Below, piece by piece: positions 1-9,597 of a stretch of 64,000 nt of DNA (position 1 is its first letter; each line of letters opens with the position of its first letter). A program made the translations under genes and the position numbers. Below the pieces are notes generated by a model. That model was not told the DNA's origin, did no database searches, and saw only the letters and a program-made list of their open reading frames with translations. The DNA comes from an uncultured Methanospirillum sp. (GTDB taxonomy: Archaea > Halobacteriota > Methanomicrobia > Methanomicrobiales > Methanospirillaceae): positions 1 to 64,000 of the forward strand of contig CAZWTX010000002.1 in assembly GCA_964637135.1 (NCBI GenBank), given 5' to 3'.

Positions 1-1748
1 TGTTCCTGCTGGACCTTCTGGTAGATCTTGGTGGTGACCTTGAAGACGGCCTCGGTGAGATCTTCCATCGCCTTCTTGATCGCCTCTGAATCAGTCCCTT
101 CAAGGGCGGTCTTCACCGTGGCGATGTGATCGGTAATCGAGGTCTTGTCTTCCTCGTCGATCTTGTCCTCGCTCTCCTTGAGCAGTTTCTCTGCAGAGAA
201 GACTGCCATGTCGGCGTTGTTGCGGATCTCGATCTCTTCCTTCTTCTTGTTGTCCTCGTCTTCGAACTTCTTGGCGTCGTCGACCATCCGGTTGATCTCA
301 TCGTCGGAGAGCTTCTTGCTGCCCTTGATGGTGATCGTCTGCTCGTTACCGGAGCCGAGATCCTTGGCAGAGACATGGATGATACCGTTCGCATCGATAT
401 CAAAGGTAACCTCGATCTGCGGGATGCCCCGGGGTGCCGGCGGGATCCCGGTCAGCATGAACTTGCCGAGGGTAAAGTTGTCAGCAGCAAGCTTCCGTTC
501 ACCCTGCACGACGTGGATCTCGACCGAGGTCTGGTTGTCGGCTGCCGTTGAGAAGATCTGGCTCTTCTTTGTCGGGATGGTGGTGTTCCGGTCGATGATC
601 GGGGTCGCTATTCCGCCGAGGGTCTCGATAGAGAGGGTGAGCGGGGTCACGTCGAGAAGAACGATGTCGCTCGTTTCACCGGCAAGTACGCCACCCTGGA
701 TGGCTGCACCGACGGCAACGCATTCATCAGGATTGATCCCCTTGTCAGGATCCTTGCCGAGGACTTCCCTGACCTTCTGCTGGACGAGGGGAACACGGGT
801 CGAACCACCGACGAGGAGGACCCGGTCGATGTCCTTTCCGGTCATCCCGGCATCAGAGAGTGCCTGCTTGACCGGAGTGATCGTCTGCTCGACGAGATTG
901 CCGATCATCTGCTCGAACTGGGCGCGGGTCAGGTCGATGTCCAGGAACTTCGGTCCGGATGAGTCAGTCGTGATGTACGGGAGGTTGACGTTCGTCTTCT
1001 GCTTCTGGGAGAGTTCTATCTTCGCGTTCTCGGAGGCATCGCGGAGCCGCTGCATTGCCATCGGATCCTTGGTCAGGTCGATTCCTTCCTTCTTCCTGAA
1101 CTCTTCAACCAGGTAATCGGTGATCAGCTTGTCAAAGTCGTCACCACCGAGGTGGTTGTTTCCGGCGGTGGCCTTCACCTCAAAGACACCGTCACCGAGG
1201 GTCAGGATGGAGACATCAAAGGTTCCGCCTCCGAGGTCGTAGACCAGAACGGTGTGATCCTCTTCCTTGTCGATACCGTACGCAAGGGCAGATGCCGTCG
1301 GCTCGTTGATGATACGAAGTACTTCAAGGCCGGCAATCGTCCCGGCATCCTTGGTAGCCTGCCGCTGGGCATCGTTGAAGTAGGCCGGAACGGTGATGAC
1401 TGCTTTCTTGATCTCCTCGCCGAGGTATGCCTCGGCATCGGCCTTGATCTTCTGCAGGATCATCGCGGAGATCTCCTGCGGGGTGTAACTCTTCCCGCCG
1501 GCAGGGATCTTCTTGTCTGTTCCCATGATCCGCTTGACCGAGATGATGGTATTCTGCGGGTTCGTGATTGCCTGCCGCTTTGCAAGGCTCCCGACGAGAC
1601 GTTCACCGTCTTTCGTGAACGCGACGACCGACGGGGTGGTCCGGGCACCTTCGGCATTCGGAATGACGACAGCCTTCCCGCCTTCCATTATAGACATGCA
1701 TGAGTTGGTGGTTCCAAGATCGATACCAAGAATTTTTTCGCTTGCCAT
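1..1748 (-). CDS. dnaK: Molecular chaperone DnaK (Hsp70); 3' end runs off the window
   Basis: Minus strand from ATG 1748 reads [18 protein letters not shown], then [21 protein letters not shown] and LVGGSTRVP (Hsp70 signatures). Absent from the ORF track because there is no stop in the window. Confidence 0.98.
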   Translation of the reverse strand, partial: MASEKILGIDLGTTNSCMSIMEGGKAVVIPNAEGARTTPSVVAFTKDGERLVGSLAKRQAITNPQNTIISVKRIMGTDKKIPAGGKSYTPQEISAMILQKIKADAEAYLGEEIKKAVITVPAYFNDAQRQATKDAGTIAGLEVLRIINEPTASALAYGIDKEEDHTVLVYDLGGGTFDVSILTLGDGVFEVKATAGNNHLGGDDFDKLITDYLVEEFRKKEGIDLTKDPMAMQRLRDASENAKIELSQKQKTNVNLPYITTDSSGPKFLDIDLTRAQFEQMIGNLVEQTITPVKQALSDAGMTGKDIDRVLLVGGSTRVPLVQQKVREVLGKDPDKGINPDECVAVGAAIQGGVLAGETSDIVLLDVTPLTLSIETLGGIATPIIDRNTTIPTKKSQIFSTAADNQTSVEIHVVQGERKLAADNFTLGKFMLTGIPPAPRGIPQIEVTFDIDANGIIHVSAKDLGSGNEQTITIKGSKKLSDDEINRMVDDAKKFEDEDNKKKEEIEIRNNADMAVFSAEKLLKESEDKIDEEDKTSITDHIATVKTALEGTDSEAIKKAMEDLTEAVFKVTTKIYQKVQQE

Positions 1749-1790
1749 ACTCTTACTCGTTAATGTGTGGTTGAAATTTGGTATATTCGA

Positions 1791-2375
1791 CTACTGTTCA
1801 CCGGACGAGGACTGTTTTTCCGGGCTGTTCCCCTGCGAGACGGCAACCTTGGCACACCGGATCACCTTCTCATTGAGGAGATACCCCTTACAGACCTCAT
1901 CACAGACGAGCCCTTCATCCAGCACGGATGGCACGTAGGCGATAGCTTCGTGTTTTGCCGGATCGAAGGTCTCATTCACCGATTCAAAGGATGTTATTCC
2001 CTGCCTGGAAAGAACATTCTCGAGGAGTTTCATGATCTGGCTGATCCCCTCGTGGTTTCCCCCTTCAGCCGTCAGTGCCCGCTCCAGGCTGTCAGCGACG
2101 TCAAGGATATCGCGGGCAAACTTCTCAAGCACCATCGAGACCCGGTATTCCGTATCCCTGGCTGATCGTTTCCTGAAGTTGTCAAAGTCAGCAGCGAGCC
2201 TGAGATACCGGTCATTCAGGTCGTCGAACTCTGCCTGAATCACTTCCAGCGGGGATTTCTCCTCCTTGGGGGGAGATTCTTCAGGGGAAACCGGAGATTC
2301 CGGAGATGCCGGCTCTTCGTCTTTCTCCTGGTTCATCATCTCTTCTCCATTGATATCGGCCATAGGGTTCACCAT
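1791..2375 (-). CDS. grpE: Nucleotide exchange factor GrpE
   Basis: RLAADFDNFRKR, FDPAKHEA and KGYLLNEKVIRCAKVAVS motifs; directly upstream of dnaK. Start may be ATG 2363. Confidence 0.97.
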   Translation of the reverse strand: MVNPMADINGEEMMNQEKDEEPASPESPVSPEESPPKEEKSPLEVIQAEFDDLNDRYLRLAADFDNFRKRSARDTEYRVSMVLEKFARDILDVADSLERALTAEGGNHEGISQIMKLLENVLSRQGITSFESVNETFDPAKHEAIAYVPSVLDEGLVCDEVCKGYLLNEKVIRCAKVAVSQGNSPEKQSSSGEQ

Positions 2376-2390
2376 AACTGTTGTAATGTA

Positions 2391-2440
2391 GTTCTATATT
2401 AATATTACCTCATCCCAGGCAGTGTTTATATTTAAGATAT
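2391..2440 (-). promoter_or_regulatory. AT-rich TATA-type promoter region of grpE-dnaK
   Basis: Minus strand contains TTAAATATAAA and AATATTAATATAG just upstream of grpE in an otherwise GC-rich context. Confidence 0.5.
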
Positions 2441-2543
2441 ACTCTGCTGCGATCTAGAATGATTAATTATTGGCGCTAAAAGTATCTGAATAACCTGGAT
2501 ATGGATGATAGTGATCATGGGGAAAAGTAACTTCAGGTTAGGA

Positions 2544-2867
2544 TCAGAACAGCCGCATGAGTACGACTCCGGCCCCAAAAGAGGCCAGGTTCATGAGAAG
2601 GGAAAACAGGAGTGATCGGGGAAGCCGGATCCTGAACAGCACGCCATAGAGAAGCGTTTCCACGAGGATGACCAGGATCTCAAGCGGCAGAACCGGCTGT
2701 CCGGCAAACAGGACAAGGTAATTCAGAAGAGGATTGGTAACCCCGTTCACGAGGATGACGCCGGGGAGGAATGAGACCGGGTTGTCCCTGAGCAGGAGGG
2801 ACAGCACGACATATTCAATCCCGGCCGTGAGAGCGAACGCTCCGATAAGCAGCAGCAGCAGGTTCAT
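2544..2867 (-). CDS. Small integral membrane protein (hypothetical)
   Basis: 107 aa, about 4 hydrophobic segments, NGVTNPLLNY and LEILVILVE motifs. Confidence 0.8.
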   Translation of the reverse strand: MNLLLLLIGAFALTAGIEYVVLSLLLRDNPVSFLPGVILVNGVTNPLLNYLVLFAGQPVLPLEILVILVETLLYGVLFRIRLPRSLLFSLLMNLASFGAGVVLMRLF

Positions 2868-3500
2868 CCGGCGAGGCGTCTCCTGATCACCATCACCAGG
2901 ATGATCGCGAAAGAAATGACCGGGAGGCCGAAAAACCAGAAATTAAGGAGAAGGAGATCCGGGTTCCGGAACATCATCCTCTACGACCGGAAGGGATTGC
3001 ACGGTCCCGTCGGCAAACCCGTACCTGACCTCGGTCAGGGTTGCATTCAGACCGGAAGGGGTGAGGGAGTTCACCACGATATCCACGGTCACGTTCGCGA
3101 CCCCGAGGGATTCATCAAGGGCAATGGAGACGGGAAGACTGACATTTGCAGTCACGAGCGGGGCATTCTCAAGTGATGGCGCGATATCGAAATCATCGGT
3201 TGCATTTCCCGCCAGTGCCATGGTCAGAACCGGATCGGCATCAGAGGTATTCAGGGCGTGGAGGACAAATCCGTCCAGTTTGTACCCCCCTCCAAACGAG
3301 CCGTTTACCACGGGTGTGGTCTGCTCATACCCCCAGATCTCGCTGCTTGTGAGGAAGGTATACCCGGGAAAATCATCGGCATTCACGATCTGATACTGGA
3401 AATCATAATTACGGATCCCCTCAATCAGGAGATCAGCCGCACCACCGGATGCGAGCAGCATTCCGGCCAGAAGAAGAACCAGCACACCCGGTCTCATCAC
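2864..3500 (-). pseudogene. Secreted/surface protein whose C-terminal membrane anchor lies in the +1 frame (pseudogene or sequencing error)
   Basis: Signal peptide, acidic body with several NxS/T sequons, in-frame stop at 2943. The +1 frame after VPEP reads DLLLLNFWFFGLPVISFAIILVMVIRRRLAG*, and its TGA overlaps the next ATG (ATGA 2867-2864). Confidence 0.7.
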
Positions 3501-4081
3501 ATCACCATGGAGGTACTGTGAACCGGGTGAGTATAGCCTTTCCCGTCAGAGCATCTGATCCCCGGGAACTGTCGATCACACGGTACATAATCATCCCGAA
3601 CCTCCTGTCCCCCGCATGGGTGAACAACGCGGGACAGAGGACCGTGTCATGGCAAAAAAACAATCCCTGAACAGTTGAACCACCGGGCAGGTACTCCCCG
3701 GACCAGTGCGGCACCCCTTCCTTCAGGTGGGCACCCGGAGCGGCCCGTGGTTCATCATATCAACACTTCGGTTTGCAGTTAAAAAATAAAATTATTTACG
3801 GGCCTTTCATGATAACACCTGATATTTACACCGCTCTCCAGTGGAAACAAAGGGGTTCTGGACCGATGGGAAATGAATCAGAACAGCTATATACTCCCCC
3901 ATCGGAAGACACAGGATCCCCCCCGATGGCTGCCCTGTTGATTTTGCGGGGGGGAACCGGGGAAGACCGGGTACCGGCCCGGACGTGATACGGCCTTCCC
4001 GGTATGAGGACTCCCGACCCCCGGAGGGCATCAGTATCCATACCAATATGCCCTCCTGAGGAGACTCTATCTGAAGATATC

Positions 4082-4798
4082 ATGGTGAGAATGATGCGGT
4101 TTTCGGTATCTCTTTCATTGTTTCTGATGATGATCTGCCTCACCGGCTGTCAGGCCTCATCGAATGGAACGATCGAGCTGGATGTCCCCGATATCGTGGA
4201 GATTGGCGACCAGTTCACGATCCAGGGGCTCATCGATCCCTCGGCTCCCGTGCTCTTCCCTGACGAACTGATCCTCATGATCCGGGCGCCTATGGACAGC
4301 CATGTCGAACAGTTCTCAACCCTCACCCCGGCGACGGATCGCACCTTTGAGAAGACCATCACTGCCGATATCATCGGAGAATGGACCGTATCAGCCCGGT
4401 ACGGGGATGCGGGTTCAGGTACATCAGAGGTAAAGGTGGTTCCCCGGACAACCCGGATGCGGGCAACCCTTGACCTCCTTCCGTACGGGGCGCCGGTAGA
4501 AACCGGGGAAGATGTTCCGATGTCAGGTACCCTCCGCGATCCGTCCGGGAACGGAATTTCACACCGTGAGATCACCTACGAGGTCGGTCTTCCGTCATAT
4601 ACCTGGTCAGGCTCTGATGTCGCAGATAGCGACCGGGTCTGGCAGATCTACGGCACGACCACGACCGACGAGACCGGGAGCTACTCGTTCTCGTTCCCGG
4701 TGTATGACACCGGTGAGTTTGGTGTCAGGGCAGTATTTGCCGGCGATGATACCTATCGTGCTGCACGGAGCACGGTTGAGCATGTCATCGTACGATAG
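4082..4798 (+). CDS. Exported protein with two Ig-like (beta-sandwich) domains
   Basis: Signal or lipobox-like LTGC; beta-rich repeats (GEWTVSARYGD, TTTTDETGSYSFSF, VRAVFAGDDTY). Start chosen at ATG 4082. Confidence 0.7.
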   Translation: MVRMMRFSVSLSLFLMMICLTGCQASSNGTIELDVPDIVEIGDQFTIQGLIDPSAPVLFPDELILMIRAPMDSHVEQFSTLTPATDRTFEKTITADIIGEWTVSARYGDAGSGTSEVKVVPRTTRMRATLDLLPYGAPVETGEDVPMSGTLRDPSGNGISHREITYEVGLPSYTWSGSDVADSDRVWQIYGTTTTDETGSYSFSFPVYDTGEFGVRAVFAGDDTYRAARSTVEHVIVR

Positions 4799-4858
4799 GA
4801 ACACCCTTTTTTTCACCGATACCCTGATACTATCCGGCTCCCTCTTCTCCATACGGAC

Positions 4859-7180
4859 ATGGAGTGGTACAGCGAATTTCCAGTGTTGATCATCGATGAA
4901 GAGGCAGGGACAGCCGGGATGTCCGGCCACACCCTCGAAGCAATCATCGACGAACTGAAAAAACGGGATCTCACCATTCTTGCTGCCGCCTCATTGAGCG
5001 AGGGAAAAGCGCTCTTTCTGGCCCACCCCGAGATCTCATGTGTGGTGATAGACTGGGATACCCGGTCTGAACCCGGAACCGGCGGTCCGGAGGAGGTCAT
5101 CCTCGCAATACACCGGAGAAACCGGTGGATCCCGGTATTTCTCTTTACTGACAAGACATCAGTCCAGGATCTGCCAGTGAGCGTCGTGCGGTCGCTCAAG
5201 GGATATTTCTGGAAACGGGAGGATACCCCCGGATTCATCGCCGGGCACATCCACGAGATCGTTGAGCGGTACCTTGCGAGCCTTCTTCCCCCGTTCTTCG
5301 GTGAACTGGTCAGGTACACGGAGGAAGCGAACTATTCCTGGCATACCCCGGGCCATATGGGCGGGGTGGCGTTCCTAAAAAGCCCGGTTGGGAGACTTTT
5401 TTTTGATTTTTACGGAGAAAACTCGCTTCGTGCCGATCTCTCGGTCTCTGTTCCCGGGCTGGGATCGCTCCTTGACCATTCCGGCGTGATCGGGCAGGCA
5501 GAGGCGAATGCCGCCAGGATATTCGGTTCGGACTGGACATGGTTTGTCACAAACGGGACATCTTCCTCGAACCGGATTATCTTCCATGCCACCGTCCGTC
5601 CGGGAGATATCGTCCTGGTTGACCGCAACTGCCATAAATCGGTGATGCACGCAATCATCATGACCGGGGCCATCCCGATCTACCTCCGCCCGTGTCGGAA
5701 CCGGTACGGAATCATCGGGCCGATCCGGATCTCAGAGCTCGCACCGGAGACGATCACCGATCGGATCAGAACCCATCCGCTTATCCCCAGGGATTCATCC
5801 CCCGGTATCAGGCATGCCGTGATCACGAACTGCACGTACGACGGCATCTGCTACTCGGTTAACCGGATCATCCGCCTCCTCTCCGGGAATGTCGCCGGAA
5901 TCCATTTTGACGAGGCATGGTACGGGTATGCCCGGTTCCATCCGCTCTACGCAGGGAGATATGCCATGGACGGCGACGCGAACCAGCCCGGGGATCCCGT
6001 TATCTACGCATCCCAGTCCATCCACAAGGTTCTTGCCGCCTTTTCTCAGGCATCGATGATCCATGTCAGGGATTCCCACCGGCCGGAAAAACAGAGGATA
6101 TCCCCGGAACGGTTTAATGAGGCATACATGATGCACAGTTCGACCTCCCCCCAGTACAGCATTCTCGCCTCCCTCGACGTCGCGGCAGAGATGATGGACG
6201 GGGATGCCGGACCGGTCCTGATGACCGAGACCCTTGAGGAAGCAACGATATTCCGGGCGAAGATGCTTCAGATCGGAAGGCAGCTCGTTGAGGAGCAGGC
6301 TGGGGATCCCTGGTGGTTCAGGATCTGGCAGGCGGAGCAGGATCCATCGGTAGTTGCAGCCGTATCGGGAAGATACGGCAGGGTGAGTGCAGGAGAGGAG
6401 GAGGGATCGGAAGATCCCTTCTCCTGCTGGGATATCTCACCGGATGATTCCTGGCATGGCTTTGATGGAATTGAAGAGGGATACGTCAGGCTGGATCCGA
6501 CGAAGGTGACGATTCTCTGCCCCGGACCGGGGGAAGACGGGACCCTCTCGGAGAAGGGCATACCTGCACCGGTGGTTGCCACGTATCTCCGGGAAGAAGG
6601 AATTGTGGTTGAAAAAACGGGTTTTTACTCGTTCCTGGTCCTGATGACCATCGGGGTTACGAAGGGAAAGACCGGCAGCCTGATCTCGACCCTGCTGACC
6701 TTCAAAGATCTCTATGATCGCAACGCCCCGCTGGCAGAAGTGTTCCCTGAGGCACTTGCCGGGTGGCGGACGCGGTATCCGGCGAGCATGGGACTTGCCG
6801 ATCTCTGCGATGAAATGCATGCCTTCCTCGGAGAACAAGAGATCCTCAGGCTTCTCCATGACGGGTACGAACCCCTTCCCGAGCAGGTCATGACCCCGGC
6901 TGATGCATACCGGAACCTGGTATCAGGGAACGTCGAGAATGTCCCGGTGTCTGAACTTGACGGAAGGGTGGCTGCCGTGATGGTGGTTCCCTATCCTCCC
7001 GGCATCCCGGTAATCATGCCCGGGGAACGCCTGACCGGAGAAAGCAGGGTCGTCATTGACCTCCTCTCCCTGTATGAAGCGTTTGACAACCGGTTTCCGG
7101 CATACGAGACCGGACTCCATGGCGTTATCGTCAGGAGAAAACATGGCCAGAAACGGTACCTTGTTCCCTGTATCAGGTAG
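4859..7180 (+). CDS. PLP-dependent Arg/Lys/Orn decarboxylase with N-terminal receiver-like wing domain (AdiA/LdcI type)
   Basis: WHTPGH, TNGTS, DRNCHKS, HFDEAW, QSIHK (PLP lysine), STSPQY and PYPPGIP motifs; 773 aa. Confidence 0.95.
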   Translation: MEWYSEFPVLIIDEEAGTAGMSGHTLEAIIDELKKRDLTILAAASLSEGKALFLAHPEISCVVIDWDTRSEPGTGGPEEVILAIHRRNRWIPVFLFTDKTSVQDLPVSVVRSLKGYFWKREDTPGFIAGHIHEIVERYLASLLPPFFGELVRYTEEANYSWHTPGHMGGVAFLKSPVGRLFFDFYGENSLRADLSVSVPGLGSLLDHSGVIGQAEANAARIFGSDWTWFVTNGTSSSNRIIFHATVRPGDIVLVDRNCHKSVMHAIIMTGAIPIYLRPCRNRYGIIGPIRISELAPETITDRIRTHPLIPRDSSPGIRHAVITNCTYDGICYSVNRIIRLLSGNVAGIHFDEAWYGYARFHPLYAGRYAMDGDANQPGDPVIYASQSIHKVLAAFSQASMIHVRDSHRPEKQRISPERFNEAYMMHSSTSPQYSILASLDVAAEMMDGDAGPVLMTETLEEATIFRAKMLQIGRQLVEEQAGDPWWFRIWQAEQDPSVVAAVSGRYGRVSAGEEEGSEDPFSCWDISPDDSWHGFDGIEEGYVRLDPTKVTILCPGPGEDGTLSEKGIPAPVVATYLREEGIVVEKTGFYSFLVLMTIGVTKGKTGSLISTLLTFKDLYDRNAPLAEVFPEALAGWRTRYPASMGLADLCDEMHAFLGEQEILRLLHDGYEPLPEQVMTPADAYRNLVSGNVENVPVSELDGRVAAVMVVPYPPGIPVIMPGERLTGESRVVIDLLSLYEAFDNRFPAYETGLHGVIVRRKHGQKRYLVPCIR

Positions 7181-7276
7181 AGGCCGGATGTTCTCCCGCC
7201 TGCAGGGTTTTTCCGGGGATTCTCTCCATCAGGTATAAGCCCTCGTATCGCCATCAGTTCACGAGGGGACAGAGGC

Positions 7277-7687
7277 ATGACGCGGGTTCTTGTCGTAGAT
7301 GACGAGCCTTCTTTTCTGGAAATCTCAAAAACCATTCTTGAAAAGATCCACCGCCTGGAGGTGATAACAACGCCGTATCCGGGGGAGGTGATGAACATCC
7401 TGAAAGAGTATCCGGTCGATGTCATCGTCTCCGATTACCAGATGCCCGGCACCAGCGGATGTGCATTGGTACAACTAATCCGGGGGGATCCACGCTGGAA
7501 AAACCTTCCCGTTATCATGTTTACCGGGAGAAGCAGGGAAGAGGAGGTTGTTGCCGCGATGAATGCCGGTGCTGACTTTTACCTTCAGAAAGGAGGGGAT
7601 CCTGCCAGCCAGTTCGCTGAACTGAATGAGACAATCACCCGGGCAATCGCCCGGAGATCGGCAGAACCCGCACGAACGGAGAAGTAA
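7277..7687 (+). CDS. Stand-alone response regulator receiver protein
   Basis: VLVVDDE, VSDYQMPG, FTGR and ADFYLQKGG motifs. Confidence 0.93.
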   Translation: MTRVLVVDDEPSFLEISKTILEKIHRLEVITTPYPGEVMNILKEYPVDVIVSDYQMPGTSGCALVQLIRGDPRWKNLPVIMFTGRSREEEVVAAMNAGADFYLQKGGDPASQFAELNETITRAIARRSAEPARTEK

Positions 7688-8153
7688 CCGGTCAGGTAAC
7701 AGCAGGCCGGGCAGTCCGCCACGATCCGGGGTATATCCCAGAGATCCTTTTTTGTCATTGGGGGGAGTGAAGGAATAATGAGTCTTCAGACGGGCGATCT
7801 ATCCATCATTATCCGGCCAAAGGGCATCCCCGGTAACGGGATGAGAAGAAGGATCCAAAACCTCACCTGATACCCGGGGTATCCCCCGGGCAGAACGGGT
7901 GCCGGCAGAAGCAGCCACCGGCGGTCATGAAACGGTGAACAATCAGACAATGATGAGCCACAGGGGGGAGATGTGTGCTTGTCTCATCACTCCCCATTGA
8001 AGGAGACCGGGAAGAATAAGGATATCGATTGGTTTCAGGGGAGGGAGAAAACCGGCAATAAAGGGGGTATTGTCCACACGGGGACGTATCCGGCATTCCA
8101 CCGCCATCCATGCAAACCTATCTCACCGATGAGAATCAAACGCGGTACGATCC

Positions 8154-8765
8154 ATGTCAGTCGTTGATCTGGCCTTCCTCGGGTTTATTATCGGTCTTAC
8201 CGGGGCAATTGCACCCGGTCCCACCCTGATTGCAACCATTTCCGCTTCGATAAAAACCGGATGGACCGGAGGACCGAAGATCACCGGGGGGCATATCATT
8301 GCAGAATTCCTGATCGTGGCTCTCATCGCGATAGGAATCCCCTTTATCCCTGCAGATATTACCCATATCGTCGCCATCCCCGGGGGAATAGCCCTCATCG
8401 CCTTCGGGATCCTGACCATCCGGTCAGTAAAAGGAGCCACCCTCCAGGTTCAGGAAACAGAACGCGGGAATCACACCCCGGTGATTGCCGGGCTCGTGAC
8501 CAGTCTCTCAAACCCCTATTTCTGGATTTGGTGGATATCGGTGGGAAGTGCCCTCCTGATCAGCTCGTTTGCGGAGGGGTTTTTCGGCGTGGCAGCATTC
8601 CTGCTCGGGCACTGGTCTGCAGACCTCGGCTGGTTCACGTTCGTATCCACCGGCATCCACTCCAGCCGGCATATGCTGACTGATCAGGCATACCGGTACA
8701 TCCTTGGTGTATGTGGTCTCTTCCTCTGTCTCTTTGGCGGATATTTCATCTTCATCGGGCAATGA
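8154..8765 (+). CDS. LysE family translocator
   Basis: GAIAPGP, GHIIAE and SLSNPYFWIWW motifs; multiple TM helices. Confidence 0.9.
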   Translation: MSVVDLAFLGFIIGLTGAIAPGPTLIATISASIKTGWTGGPKITGGHIIAEFLIVALIAIGIPFIPADITHIVAIPGGIALIAFGILTIRSVKGATLQVQETERGNHTPVIAGLVTSLSNPYFWIWWISVGSALLISSFAEGFFGVAAFLLGHWSADLGWFTFVSTGIHSSRHMLTDQAYRYILGVCGLFLCLFGGYFIFIGQ

Positions 8766-8957
8766 TTCCCGGAACACCCGGGGAAGGCGGAACCCCGGGG
8801 CAGACCGGTGTTCGCCGTGACCGGCTGTGGCTTCCTGCAGCCGGCAGAGATCCCGATCTTGAGCATACGGGAAGAGGCACGATACTGAGCACGCTGCTGA
8901 GACGGGGGTCGTCTTCTTTAAATAACCCGGTTGACCATACCATGGTGAGGAACGAGA

Positions 8958-9449
8958 ATGGGATCAAAAGGAAGAATGATCGTCGGTATGGATGTCGATG
9001 CCCTGATAGATCTTCTCAACAAGGCACTCGCTGACGAGTGGCTTGCCTATTACCAGTACTGGGTCGGATCCAAGGTCGTGAAAGGGCCGACAAAGGATGC
9101 GGTGATAGCCGAACTCGTCCAGCATGCCACCGAGGAACTATCCCATGCAGACATGATCGCCATCAGGATTGCCCAGCTTGGCGGAACACCGGTTCTTGAA
9201 CCGAAGGAGTGGTACTCCCTGACAAACTGCGGGTATGATGCACCCACCGATCCGTTCGTGAAGCAGGTCCTGATACAGAACATCAAAGGAGAACGATGTG
9301 CCATCGAGACCTACAACCGGTTACTTGAGATCGTCAAGGACAAGGATCCGATAACCTACAACATGGTTCTTACTATCATCTCGCAGGAGGTCGAACACGA
9401 GGAGGACCTTCAGGGCCTGCTTGAAGATCTCGAAGTTATCCTGAAATAA
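8958..9449 (+). CDS. Ferritin-like DPSL (Dps-like) protein
   Basis: DEWLAYYQYW, EELSHAD, ERCAI and EVEHEED di-iron ligands plus a Cys pair (NCGY, ERCAI). Confidence 0.88.
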   Translation: MGSKGRMIVGMDVDALIDLLNKALADEWLAYYQYWVGSKVVKGPTKDAVIAELVQHATEELSHADMIAIRIAQLGGTPVLEPKEWYSLTNCGYDAPTDPFVKQVLIQNIKGERCAIETYNRLLEIVKDKDPITYNMVLTIISQEVEHEEDLQGLLEDLEVILK

Positions 9450-9460
9450 CCAGGATAAAA

Positions 9461-9470
9461 CCCCTTTTTT
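9461..9470 (+). terminator. Oligo-T terminator
   Basis: CCCCTTTTTT about 12 nt after the ferritin stop. Confidence 0.5.
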
Positions 9471-9597
9471 CCCGTCGGCCGGGGAGCGGACCAAGTACTC
9501 ATACTATATCTCCTTTCCCCGTCGACCTTTTTGCCTGCATCATATTCGTCCTGATCCGGCCCCGGGGTCTGAATCAGGACACAGACTGGAGAATATC

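Noticed and set aside
126..1938. Long plus-strand ORFs (323, 183 and 141 aa)
   Set aside because: Antisense shadows of dnaK/grpE, a well-known artefact of Hsp70 codon bias.
3500..4081. GC-rich intergenic region with hairpin at 3956-4003 considered as SRP or RNase P RNA
   Set aside because: No SRP helix-8 or RNase P P4 consensus found; CCGG-rich stems are common throughout this sequence.
7688..8153. Short ORFs and GATACCCGGGGTATC near-palindrome
   Set aside because: No recognisable protein or RNA features.
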